From: Amphiscolops sp. MND2022
Lineage: Eukaryota
Direction: 5' to 3'
Length of the DNA stretch: 64,000 bases
NCBI GenBank assembly: GCA_964187785.1
Contig: OZ076414.1
Coordinates: 60,326,001-60,390,000 of the forward strand
The translations under genes were made by a program, and so were the position numbers. Below, piece by piece: positions 1-10,930 of the stretch. The notes beneath the pieces are model-generated. The model had not been told where the DNA came from, made no database searches, and saw only the letters and a list, made by a program, of their open reading frames with translations. Numbering within the stretch: the first letter of the stretch is position 1; each line of letters opens with the position of its first letter.

Positions 1-2
1 TT

Positions 3-555
3 TTGTTCGTCTATGCCAGAGTTTGGATTTCCTGATTTGGCTTCCCTTTGCAGACGCACCGCGTCTCTAGTGGCAATGTCGAATTGTCGTGCCTCTGTCT
101 GCGAGAGGAGTTCGTCGGAAAATCGTACTCTTCTGGCCTCTGGTTGTTGTACTGGGGAGAGGTTTGAACTGGAGCTAGGCATGTTTGCATTGGCTAATTC
201 TCTTGCCCTTTTCTTTTGGGCCAATTGTTCTATTTTGTTTTGCTCCTTCTGGTTCAACACGTTTCTGATATCGATGGGAGCTTTGGCCGCTTGTCTCTCT
301 GTTTTTTCCTGTATCTTTTGCTGTTCTTGTAGTTCCGGATTAGTTTGGGAGCCTATCAGGTGCTGTGGGTCCATAAGTGGTTGTGGCAATAAGGCAACAT
401 ATGAGTCTAGGCATCCAACTACATCTTTCATGATGGACACATCAAATAGGTTCCGCATTACTATTGTTCTTTGCGTTTGGTTTGTCGTAGTGTTTTCAGT
501 AGCATTGTCCATGTTTTGTGCGCTGGTGCTTGCTTCCTGTACCCCTTCCCCCTGA
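3..555 (-). CDS. Family A 3' accessory ORF, partial (open to the window edge), unknown function, Q/E/K-rich
   Basis: Manual translation shows a stop-free minus frame from at least 597 to 3 (MDNATENTTTNQTQRTIVMRNLFDVSIMKDVVGCLDSYVALLPQPLMDPQHL...EQLAQKKRARELAN...). It is missing from the ORF track because it has no stop in the window. Probably a frameshifted continuation of 461-1183. Confidence 0.5.
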
Positions 556-1183
556 AGTTTGAAGGGAGCATGAGATGAGGGTCGTTGTCGTGAAGACGTC
601 GTATACATGTGGAGGCAGAAGCTGAGGTGGATGCTAGCATCGGTGGTGGCATGGCTGGTGGTAGGCATGTGATTAGTTGTGTTGTGGCAGGTGACGTTGG
701 CGGTTGGTTTCCAGTGTTGACGGGAGCTGAGGAGCTTGACGGCTGAGATGTTTGTCGCAGGTCTGATCGAAGGGGTGCCATGGGGAGAGGCCAAGCAGGC
801 TCACTGTAACGCAAGCTTGATCGGTAGTCGTCAAAGTGGTGAGTCAGGTCATGGCCCTGCCATGTTCCGTTGTGGAGTTCAGCTGTGCGGCGGTAAGAGC
901 CAATTCCAATGGAAATGGAGAGCGTGAAGTCAGGGTGTGTTTCTAATGTCTGCATTTGGGCGGTTAGCATGGCTATCCCGGTGGCCAGTGTTGGTGAGAC
1001 GCCAGATTGAATATTTGCCTGGGTCAGACTAGGCTGGTCGGTGTGGGTTTGGGGCTCTGCGACAGGCAGCGAGGACATAGAAGATACTGGCCCGAGTGGA
1101 CATGGTAGTCGGTTTCTGGATGAGTGTTCCATTGGCGGAAATGGTAGCACCTTTATTGGAATGTGATCGTTTACAAACTGCAA
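461..1183 (-). CDS. Family A 3' accessory ORF, Pro/Thr/Ser-rich, unknown function
   Basis: 240-aa ORF, co-oriented with pol and downstream of integrase. Confidence 0.4.
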   Translation of the reverse strand: MQFVNDHIPIKVLPFPPMEHSSRNRLPCPLGPVSSMSSLPVAEPQTHTDQPSLTQANIQSGVSPTLATGIAMLTAQMQTLETHPDFTLSISIGIGSYRRTAELHNGTWQGHDLTHHFDDYRSSLRYSEPAWPLPMAPLRSDLRQTSQPSSSSAPVNTGNQPPTSPATTQLITCLPPAMPPPMLASTSASASTCIRRLHDNDPHLMLPSNFRGKGYRKQAPAHKTWTMLLKTLRQTKRKEQ

Positions 1184-1509
1184 ATGAGTGATAGCAAGGC
1201 TGGTGGTGGCAGGTGCAAGTGCGTGAACAGGACTGAACTGAAAGAAACAACAGGCTTCAATTTTGGACTAAAATGGTGTTACGTGAACTCAAACAAGGTA
1301 TAGTTAAAAACTTTTTAGCAGGATTGGTTAAACAGTCGGCGTTAAAAAATTTTGAGGGGTTGTTCAATTTACACGAACGCTTAAAAAGAGGAATAGTCGA
1401 TCCAATGACTATTGCTAATTACTACAATGACTCAAGCTAATTTGTGCTTTGCCCGGATAGGGTGCATTTTGACGGATGCGATTGATACATGCACCCTGTC
1501 GTGGAACAC

Positions 1510-1980
1510 TCAGGTGACTTGGGCTTGCGTGAGTTTTTGCGCTAGATCTAGCAGGCACAGATGTAGTACATCAGGCAATATGGGATGTTTGTTGGAGGCT
1601 CTTGTAAATAGTAGAAACATGCTGTTGTCCCATGTTGCGTCCGGTGACTTAGGGAGGTGTATGGCCTTCCCTACGGCGGGTCGAATTTTGAAAATTTCCT
1701 CTTGACCATATTCCCTGATGACATAGCGTGCCATTGCTGAATAGGAGAGCAGGTCAGCTGGACAGCATATTACCACGGTACCGCGTGCTTGCAGTATATC
1801 AGTTTCAGCGTAGGTTATCCAGGGTAAGTAATTGGGCTTGACTTTCGCGTACGTTGTTAATAATTTTCCTGTGGGTGTGCTTTGATTGTCTTGACTTGGT
1901 GCGAGATGATTGAGAATGGCTTTGCGGTCTTGCCATACTGTTCTGCGTAAGGGACAGTCTCCCAAATTGTGCAGGACCAA
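1510..1980 (-). CDS. Macro-domain-like (TARG1/OARD1-type) accessory ORF, truncated and degenerate
   Basis: WITYAETDILQARGTVVICCPAD...YG-QEEI...GKAIHL...MFLLFTR...LHLCL..L.....VT aligns by eye with TARG1 ITYVKGDLFA..SLAHCISED..FGGVQEL..GEVAVL..IYYLITK..LQKSL..GVT. Confidence 0.55.
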   Translation of the reverse strand: MVLHNLGDCPLRRTVWQDRKAILNHLAPSQDNQSTPTGKLLTTYAKVKPNYLPWITYAETDILQARGTVVICCPADLLSYSAMARYVIREYGQEEIFKIRPAVGKAIHLPKSPDATWDNSMFLLFTRASNKHPILPDVLHLCLLDLAQKLTQAQVT

Positions 1981-2740
1981 TCGTGAACTACGGAGAGTGC
2001 TTCAAGCACGGTCGTTGGATTCTCGAATGTATACATGTATTTGTCTATTAAACGTATTTTGGCTTGGCAACAGAAGATGATAGCTAGTAGCTGTAACCAA
2101 TGTTGACTAAGGAAATTCCCGCGGTAGATGTCTGCTAGATGGAAACAGAGTGTGTCCTCAAACTCCTCTAGGGTACGTAAGTTTTCTAGGCAAATTAGCA
2201 GAATTCCTGGAGTCACTGGTGATACTTCATCCAAGGACGTGACTAGTAGCCAGCAGCCAGTTGATGGGTGATACGCATCTCCCGGGGGGAGGTCATGCCA
2301 AACTGTTGTCATAAATTCTGCGCGGTGATACAGCGTACCCTTGCTATGTTCGTGTCTTCTGGTCCAATTTCTCCGAACACCATCGATGGTGGGTGTGGAG
2401 GAATTATAGCGGTTAAAGTAAATTCTAGTCCACTCTTGTCATGCCGCGTCCACTGTTTGAATCGATAGGCAGGATAGTCTGAAGGTGATGTCTCGTGCAT
2501 AGCCTTCAATGTGGTTTCCAATGGTGGGATCACACCTGGTTCAATGCTCGAGTATGTCTTTTCTACCGTGATGAGAATATGGTGTACTTGTGGACCATCC
2601 TGGTTTTCAGTTTGTATGGCCCAGATTGTACGTTGTTCATAGTCTTCAAAAGTATCCTCTCCAGCTAAAATGGGGGTGAGAGCGTCCACTCCCCGGGCCA
2701 ATTGGTCGTCCGGTTCTTTCGTTCGATTAGGTTGACGCAA
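1857..2740 (-). pseudogene. Family A accessory ORF(s) of unknown function, interrupted
   Basis: Abutting ORFs 2309-2740 and 1857-2312 with globular-looking composition, directly after the integrase tail and leading into the macro-like ORF. Confidence 0.45.
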
Positions 2741-3733
2741 CTACAGTAGCGGGAACCACAGGTTCCGCACCGGTATCGTGGTGCCCTGTTACGTCGTAGT
2801 TGGTAAGGTGGGGCTTGTGAAGGTGTTGGTGGTTGTACTTCTCGCTCTTCTAGTAACATACTCTCCGCAATGTCGGGTAGTGTCATTGCGCGTTCTAAAG
2901 TTTGTGATTGAACCCTAGTTTCTGTTCTTCCTCTCAATCGAGTGTATGGTCTGTTCGGTCGTGTGAGTGCTCTGCTTGATAAAGTGGTGCTTCCTCTTTT
3001 ACGACCTAGAGGTCTACCTCTTGGTCTGCCCCTCCTGCTTGCAGTTCTCCCAGGTGTTGGTAATGCTTCTATGTTTCGGTCAGGTTCTTGGATTTCTCCA
3101 TTGTTTTCTTCTTGGGGTTCGCCTTCCTGTGCGAGTTCTAGTCTTGCCGAGCTACCATTTTGAGAACTGTATAATGGAAAGTTACTCAAAGTGTCGGTTA
3201 GGGCTGGGTTCGACAGTAGTGGTGCCGACGTTCCTTCCTGATGGTGAGGGTATTAGGCTCTGTGGTTGTTCGGGCAAGACTTCTTCTTGATCTGAGAACA
3301 ATTGTTCTAGGTCGTCAATGTCAGGGAAAACCAGTGGTTGCTGTGTTTCTGCAGAAGGTGGGGCTATTGGTTCTTGGTCAGATTCTGATTTTGATGGATA
3401 TCCAAAGTGGCTAAATCGCCTGCGTGGGATTCCTTGTTGCAAAGCGGATTGAGTGCTTGTTTGAATTGTGCGGGGTGGAACGGGTGCAGTTGGTTCCATT
3501 TCGAATGACATCTCTGGCAGTTGTTCTGGAAGGAACTAGTCACGCGATATGTGCGATGTAATTTCCTCATTGCTTTCTTCTGCATATGGGTCTGCAATGA
3601 TGGTGACGTTCTGGTTAGGTCCAAATGGTTGGTGTGTTGCCCAATCCCAAGGTGCAGGCACGTGCTTCTTCAATCGCTCAAAATGGACTTTTTGGCCTGT
3701 ATCCAATACGTACAGTCGTCCATCTTGTAGCAC
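2665..3733 (-). pseudogene. pol: Integrase C-terminal region and tail (AT-hook-like RGRPRGRP; terminal CxxC...CxC)
   Basis: VHFERLKKH motif (3536-3733), then tail with RRGRPRGRPLGRKRG and PYQLRRNRAPRYRCGTCGSRYCSC; frameshifted pieces. Confidence 0.65.
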
Positions 3734-3811
3734 GTCTGTGACCTTATGAGGCCCGCGCCAGGCGCGGAGGAGCTTGCGGGTGCCGCCCTTGGGAATTATA
3801 TGGCAGAAAAC

Positions 3812-4947
3812 TCAAACAGCATCGCCTACGGCGTGTGCTTTTGCTTTAAAGTGTCGATCAAACTTTTGTTTCTGTCGTACTTGCGCCTGGTGCGTGTTTC
3901 TGCGAACAAGCTCGTGGATTTCCTGTTGTCTGGCGAGTAGGTGTTCTACAAATTCTTCCTTAGACTGGAATTCTCGTGCTGCAAACTCGGAATATAAGAA
4001 CGAGGGCGGAATGGATTTTTCCGCGCCATGTTGGAGCATGTACGGAGAGAACCCAGTTGTAGCATGCCTGGTTGAATTGTATGCACCTAGGACTCCATCT
4101 ATGTGCTCGTCCCAGTCGAGCATTCTGCGAGAAGTGTTAACTCGGAGTAGAGTGAGCAATGTTCTCTTTTGTCGTTCCACCAGGCCATTGCCTCTCGGGT
4201 GTGCTGGAGTCGATGTCACTTTGGTCACTTTCGAGGCTTTCATCAGTTCCTGTGCAATTTCGGCGGTGAAGTTGGTGGCGTTGTCTGATTGCATCCTGGT
4301 GGGGTGCCATGTCTTGCAAACCATTTATTCAAAATGATCTTTGCAGTTGTCTGGGCATCATATTCATCGTGTGCACATGGAATTGCCTCTGGAAACTTAG
4401 TGAAATGGTCGACAATGACTAGCAGTCCATCGTTTCCTGACGTTGTTTTGCACAGTTTCAAGTGATCAAACTGCACTAGGTCGTTGAAATTGCTGCTGTT
4501 GATACTTTGTAGGGGGTAGCAGATATTTCCAGCGGGGTGTTTTGCCTGTTGGCACGTTAAGCAGTGCTTAATGTGATTGACGACATCACGTTTGATGCCT
4601 GGCCAAGTGTGGCGCTCCTGGATCCTTGCCAGCACTTTGCCAACACCTTGGTGTCATGATTCATCATGTGCTCGGTATAAAATCTCGTGTTGTTACAATT
4701 GAGGCATGACAATCATACACGGTCTTACATGCATCGCGCGTTGCTGTGGAACGTAATTGACGCACAAGTTGTCATTTTGGTTCAAGAACAGTAAGTCTTT
4801 CTTTTGATGGTAGTAGCGTTTGGCAAATTCTTGCACGTCTTCAGGGAACAAGCTATCATCCAGTGGTTCGTTCTTCATGAGTTTCTTCAGCGCCAGAAGG
4901 TGAACATCCCTATTTTGAGCTAAATGCAGATCTTTCAATCCGCGCAT
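3812..4947 (-). pseudogene. pol: Gypsy integrase (zinc-binding domain and DDE core), frameshifted
   Basis: HTWPGIKRDVVNHIKHCLTCQ, VQFDHL, QSDNATNF, HPRGNGLVER, YNSTRHATTGFSP. Confidence 0.9.
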
Positions 4948-5029
4948 TGTCGACTGATGCCGACCAGCCTGAGGATATCAGCCTGTTCTTGACACTGCAT
5001 AGGCAATCGCCTTAATGGCACTTTGGCTG

Positions 5030-5857
5030 TTACACTGAGGATACAATTCGGCCTGTCGTCTTCAGTTGAAGTTGGGGTTGATTCCCATTGTACCGGACCG
5101 GTGGGTACCATGGTATGAACTTCAGGTTTGGATCTGAGGTTGAATCTTCTTTCGGTCTCTTCTTCAAAATGTAGAGCACAGGGAGTTGTGCTCGGGCTTC
5201 GGGCGGAAGTTCTGGGTGGTTGGGAATAAATTTTCTGTGTTTGTCGATATATGGCACAGTGGGGAGTTCTTCGTACTCTTTTTCGGACATGAAACTGAAT
5301 CCCTTGCTCACTTCCGGTAATTTTTCTACGATCTTCTCCCGATGCACATAGTCGTTGGTCCTCTTGCTGAGACCATCTGCATTTCTGTGTTGCGTACGTG
5401 GCCTGTGGATCGTTTTGAAGTGATATTGGTCTAAACGCGCAATCCAGCTTCCAATCATGGCCTGATCTATCGAATACGTTTTCAGCCACGAGAGAGCCTG
5501 GTTATCCACGCGCAGCGTGAATTCCCGACCCGCAAGGTAGGAATTGAATTTCATAATGAAATAGAAAACAGCATACATCTCTAGTTTTGGGGCGCCATAA
5601 TTCAATTGTGTTCGAGTCAGTGATTTGCTACCATAAACGATGGGACGAAGAATGGTCTTTCCCTGATATTCTTGTTCTTGGTGCAGTATGCCCGCTATAG
5701 CAACCGCGCTGACGTCTGTATCCAAAACGAAATGTCCTTCATCGTTTGGTGCTGCCAAGGCTGTGGCGTCAGCTAGTGCTTGTTTCACTAAATCAAATGC
5801 TTCCTGGTGCTTCTCGCTCCAGTAGAAGTGTTGATTCTTCCTCAACAGTTCCTGCAT
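5030..5857 (-). pseudogene. pol: RT connection and RNase H
   Basis: FVLDTDVSAVAIAGIL, YGSKSL, KLEMYAV, VDNQAL, NADGLSK. Confidence 0.9.
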
Positions 5858-5932
5858 AGGCTGTACCTTGGCGGCATGGAAAGGAATGAAGTCTCGGTAG
5901 TAGATCGCAAATCCAAGGAAGCTTTGTAGCTC

Positions 5933-7384
5933 CTATCTATTTCTCGTGGGCATCCACTCTTGGATTTTGCTTACTGCAGCCGGGTCTGGCTTTATGCCTT
6001 CGGAGGAAACCACTCTTCCGAGGTATTTAGTCTCGGTGCGCATAAAGTCGCATTTCTCGGCTCGCATCTTGAAGCCGGCCTCTCTGAGACATTCAAATAC
6101 TTCTCTGATGCTTTCCAAATGGTCTTCAATAGTTTCGGTTGCTATCACTATGTCGTCAATGTATGCCATGATAACACTTCCATGTCGTTGTTGGATCTTT
6201 TGAAGAGCTCTTGTGATTGATCGTTGAAAGGTGGCCGATGCATTGCTTAACCCAAAGGGCATTCGTCGCCATTCGAATAGGCCAAGCTCACATGCAAATG
6301 CGGTCTTTCTGCGGTCACACTTTTTCAATGGAATCTGCCAAAAGGCCCACGCTAAATCAATGCTGGTAAAGATCTTTGCATTTCCAATCCTCGAGAGGTT
6401 TTCATCTATCCTGGGCAATGGGAACCGCATCTTTCACAGTTACATCATGTAGCGGGCGAAAGTCACAGCAAAAGCGAAGCTCGCCTGATTTCTTTTTTAC
6501 CATGACTATGCCACTGGCCCACGGAGAGTAGGAGGGTTCAATCAGACCAAGAGCCAGCAAGTTTTGCACTTCCTGATTGGCTTTTGCCGCCTTATCAGGG
6601 GACATTCGTCTAGCTCCTTCCCGGTGTGGTTTAGCCTCCGGCTCTAACTCTATTCTATGTTTTGCTATTTTACACTTGCCTATGTCAGACTTGTTTTTCA
6701 TAAACAAATCTTCGTACTCAGTTAAAATGACTTCTAATTTGTCTCTCGCCTCTTCCCCCCATGAAGAAAGGACGGAGGAAAAGTCAGGGCCAGGGATTGC
6801 TTTTATTAATTGAGGATCTGTACATTTTCTCTTTTCATTTTCTGACAAGCCTATCTCAGACGGTTCCGTTGAAGATAAGAAGTTTTGGGCGAAGGAACTG
6901 TATTCTGAACTAGTGTCCAAATCAATATCTTTATGTGTTCGATTTACAAATTCCTTCGTAAGCTTCGAAGCTTCACATATACTTTGCATAGGAACAGGAT
7001 TTAACACAAAAGTAGTGGGCATTGCTTTTCCAATTACAGTTTGTTCTTTGATTCTTACCCGTTCTTTGTCAGTTTGGTTTCGCAGGGCTATGAATACTAT
7101 ACCCCCTTCCCCCACGGAAGTTAGTGTATCTTTTGAAACAAAGACTGAACTGGATTTTATGCTACATGAATATGGACCATTACATTACGGCAGTGAAATT
7201 CATCCGGTTGTTGTGTTATGATTTTCGCGCGTATCACTTTTCTTTTGAAAGGCCCTAGGACTACTTCTTCAGTAGAAACGACAAACGATGGCTCATTGTC
7301 ACTTACCTCATGGACGGCTTTAAACGTTCTAGGCGTTTTGGGATCACGAATTGTCACCTTCATTGCCGTGAGGTCCACCAACAC
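5933..7384 (-). pseudogene. pol: Reverse transcriptase preceded by a dUTPase-like spacer, frameshifted
   Basis: SPWASGIVMVKKK, RFCCDFRPL, DLAWAFWQI, MPFGLSNASATFQR, YIDD, KYLGRVVS. Confidence 0.92.
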
Positions 7385-7387
7385 GTT

Positions 7388-8566
7388 CTATGTGCGCAGT
7401 AAATTTCTACCTAGGAGAAAGTACTCTGATCCAATGTGATCAGCTATGACTACGAAGTTGGTTTTCAGAGTATGTCCGCCGAGCTGAAAGTTCACATCTT
7501 CTGCGATGCCAACGGTGGTGATACTCTTGCCATTAGCAGCGAATAGTTCAATGTCGTATGGTGATAGATTCAGCTCATGTTGGGATGCGATCTTCTTGTA
7601 TGCACTCAGTGAAGGAATGGAGACTCCCGAGCCGGTGTCTATCATGCCGAAACATGGTATTGGTTTTTGTAAAGGAGTGCCGAATGCAACGACTAGCGAG
7701 GCTCGCTCATCAATCTGTGCTTCTCCTTGTGCATCTTGCACTCCAATGTTGTAACAGCGCAGTTCTTGCCTACCCAAATATAGGCCTTGAGGGAAGTGTC
7801 CTTCCAGGACTACAATCGCATCGAATCTCATGTCCACTCCGTCAATCGTGTTTGCTATGGGGACCGGCGCGATTGTCTTGACCTTTTGTACTTGGGCTAA
7901 CTTGGTCTCGTCACTTCTGGTGAAGTGTGGCAAGGGTCTCGAAGCTATTGTGAGGTTTGTGTTGCGGCACAGTTCTTCCTTCAATTGAGCCAATGTGAGT
8001 TCGGGACGTGCTTTCTGTTCGGCGGACATTAGCAAGTGGATAGATATAAGCGTTTCGGTGCAATTGGGTGCTGGGGCTTCAAGCGTGGTGAGAACTTGTT
8101 TTTCACCACAGGTCACAACCACAGGACGTGAGGGGCCTCCTTCTTCAGATGTTGATATTACCTGTATTTGATCGTCAGTGTTTGCAAAGTCTGCTGAACT
8201 CGTGACTGGGGCGTACCACGCCGCTTGTACTTGTTCTTCTGTTACTGCCTTTTCAGGCACCATACAGTCAGATGCCACATGACCCGCGCGGCCGCAATTG
8301 ATACAAAATGGTGTTGTTACTTGTTCTGGTAAAGCTGCGGGCGTCATATTGTCATTCATACCACGTGGGTTCGATGGGCACACCCATTCCCCGGTCATGT
8401 TCGTTCGACAGGAGTTCACTACCTGCTGTACGGGTTTCCGTGCTCGGTCCTTCATGGGACAATCAGCCACGAAGTGCGAGGGGTCTCCACAGTTGAAACA
8501 CGTTCGCTGCGGTTGTTGTCTGAAGGCTGCGGGTTGTTGCGGGATTTGTTGGGCATTGGACGGCAC
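7388..8566 (-). CDS. Gag C-terminus (two CCHC zinc knuckles) plus aspartic protease
   Basis: CFNCGDPSHFVADC, CINCGRAGHVASDC, IDTGSG, LLGRNLL. Confidence 0.88.
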   Translation of the reverse strand: MPSNAQQIPQQPAAFRQQPQRTCFNCGDPSHFVADCPMKDRARKPVQQVVNSCRTNMTGEWVCPSNPRGMNDNMTPAALPEQVTTPFCINCGRAGHVASDCMVPEKAVTEEQVQAAWYAPVTSSADFANTDDQIQVISTSEEGGPSRPVVVTCGEKQVLTTLEAPAPNCTETLISIHLLMSAEQKARPELTLAQLKEELCRNTNLTIASRPLPHFTRSDETKLAQVQKVKTIAPVPIANTIDGVDMRFDAIVVLEGHFPQGLYLGRQELRCYNIGVQDAQGEAQIDERASLVVAFGTPLQKPIPCFGMIDTGSGVSIPSLSAYKKIASQHELNLSPYDIELFAANGKSITTVGIAEDVNFQLGGHTLKTNFVVIADHIGSEYFLLGRNLLRT

Positions 8567-8584
8567 TTGAGCGGCTGGTGCCTG

Positions 8585-10930
8585 TTACTGGTTTTGCTGA
8601 TTGGCTGAAGCAGGTTGTTGGAGTTGTTGTTGTAGAGGTGCAGGAAAAGTCTCCGGACGGGCCGAACCACGCATGCGCAGATACTGTTGTACTGTGAATC
8701 GTAAGGCTTCCACCGTTGGGGGTGCATCCACATACTGCTCTTGCGCATACATGAGTGCGAGGTTGCGCTTCAACTCGAAATTGCGTACTCCTTCAATAAA
8801 TCTTTGCTTGATTTCGTAGCGTCTCACCGCAACCTCCTCATTGGGAAAACCTTGGCTGCGCAAGCCTTCCAATGCATCCAAGTATTGCATGTAATCTTCG
8901 TCGTGGGGATTGGTTGCTCGTGCGGAACTGTTGTTGTATTTGGATCTTGTTGGATCCCGTTCCGAATCTTCTCGCTAACAGTGCGAAGACTTTTTCGTCT
9001 GTATCGCGTTCTGCTTCTGATATATTCGTGATATAATCCCTTGCTTCGTTTTCTAGACATTCCACAATAGTCCATGTTCTGTCTAGTGGGGTGTCCTTAG
9101 CATGAGCTTTTTCTAGATAACGCTTCATTAGCATGAGCCAACCGTCCACTATGCCATCTCGCGTACCGCGGTTTTTGGTTGGTTTGTTCTTGGTGGCATT
9201 TGTGGCTAGCAGCGGTTCCAGACCTTTTGACATTGCTGTGGTTTTTGCTTCGGCTAACGCTTGGTTGTGTATTGCGTTCGGAAGGATATCTTCAGTGACT
9301 CCTTCAGTTGTCGTAGGGTTCAGATTCCTTCTTGAGACAGTTTTTTTTGCGTGCTAGAGGCCAACGGCCGTGGTGGATCGTTATTGTAGGATAGTGCTGA
9401 GCGTTTCTTACCGGGGTTTGAGGATACAGCGGTTTGATATTCGGAATCTTCAGATGTTGTCCTCATGTCTATGGGCATTTGAGCACTGGTCGCGGAAAAA
9501 TAATCTCCAGTCGTTGAAGCACCTTTAGCGTAGGGCTCCACTGAGGGAGGGCCAGATATGTCAGAGTGACGTATTTCATTATGACTGACTGTCAAGACTT
9601 GGGGTTCATCTGGCACCTTTTTGTACATTGCTGGTGTTTGCAGTTGTGGCTGCTTCGAATAGTTGGGTTTGATATCCATCTGGCGTTGGGCGACTTCGCG
9701 ATAGGTTGATCGTTGCGCTGGAGGTGCGCTTGAGGATGGTATGTTCGCAGGGTCTAGTGCCAGCGGCACTGGTGAGGGGCTGTTTGGCACTCTTGCCGCT
9801 ACAGTTTTCACCCCTAGGGTTAAAACTTGGACCGTAGTCATAAGGTCTACCATGCGTTTGTCAACATCCAGGTCCCTGCGATGCATCATTTCAGACATAC
9901 ATTTTAGACGTTCGTCGGCTTGTTTATCTCGTTGTGCCATTATCGCTGTTATCTCCGATATTCGTCTCTCGGTCAGGTCCTTGACTGTTGCCATGGTCAT
10001 CTCTATCTTGCCTTGGTTGACGCGTCCTTCCAACTTTATTTCTTTTACTTCCTTTCGCAACTCATCAATTTCCATCATTAAGACTTCTGCTCTTTGGACA
10101 TGGTCGCTATTCTCTTTGGTCAGCTTTGTTTGGACCTGTTTCAATTGCTCCATACCATGTCCTAATTCTTTCCTTATGGCTTCAGTTTCTTTGATGCCTC
10201 TGGTAATGGTCGAATTGGGAGATGCTACATTGCCGGTATCGGAATGCTGGGATGTTGCTGTACATTCGAGTCGCAATGTGGTGTTGGGACCCAGCAATGG
10301 TGGTGTTGCGAAGGTATAATTTTGGAGTGCCACTTCTTTTCTGGTCTTCCGCTTTCCCAGCTTGCTTTCTGGAGGGACAATCGCGGTGTCGCCCAAAGTG
10401 TTTCTGCTAGCTTCAAATATCGGGATTCCAGAACCCAGCAGGTCCGCATTGGTGACTGAGTGAGGTGTAATCTCTCCCAAAGTCATCCCCACATTCATGT
10501 TTTCCACCCATTTGTTAGTGTTTGAGCTCGTCGCTATTTCTCTGTTCGAGTTCGGCCAGTCTCCGGTAGCAATCATGGAGGCATTCAGAGGCGGCCACAC
10601 ATTGTCGTTGTTTATGGGAGTCTGGTTGGCAGTTTCAGCGCTATCAGGAGACGCTTGTTAGGAATTGGATTGGTTTGCTTGCGCGATGCGTAAATTTTGC
10701 TCGGCGTTAGATACGTTATCCGACATTTCGTCGTCTAACAATATGTTAGTGATCGTGTCTGGTGGTGCTGCTTCTATTTGTGTGCTGAGCCTATACCAAT
10801 CCTCTATGTCGCTTGCGAATGGGTTGGTGGCGTGGAAGCTATTGGTTTCCCAAAGTGCTTCATTCGATGGTATTGAGTATTCCCATTCACTCCAACTCAT
10901 TTTCGTTCGTTCGATATTTTGCTCTTTCAC
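8585..10930 (-). pseudogene. gag: Gag N-terminal part: long coiled-coil leader domain plus capsid-like region, interrupted
   Basis: 10658-10930 and 9320-10600 are in frame across one stop. Then frameshifted capsid-like pieces (VDGWLMLMKRYLEKA, LARRFGTG, YLDALEGLRSQGFP). Confidence 0.7.

Noticed and set aside
10147-10157. TGGTATGGAGC resembling an initiator-Met PBS
   Set aside because: Imperfect match, in the middle of the gag ORF, with no LTR terminus or second LTR copy beside it.
13-10459. Numerous plus-strand ORFs opposite family A gag-pol (for example 13-555, 3774-4337, 9741-10319)
   Set aside because: Shadow frames of minus-strand coding sequence, with no splice pattern or motifs, unlike the family C antisense gene.
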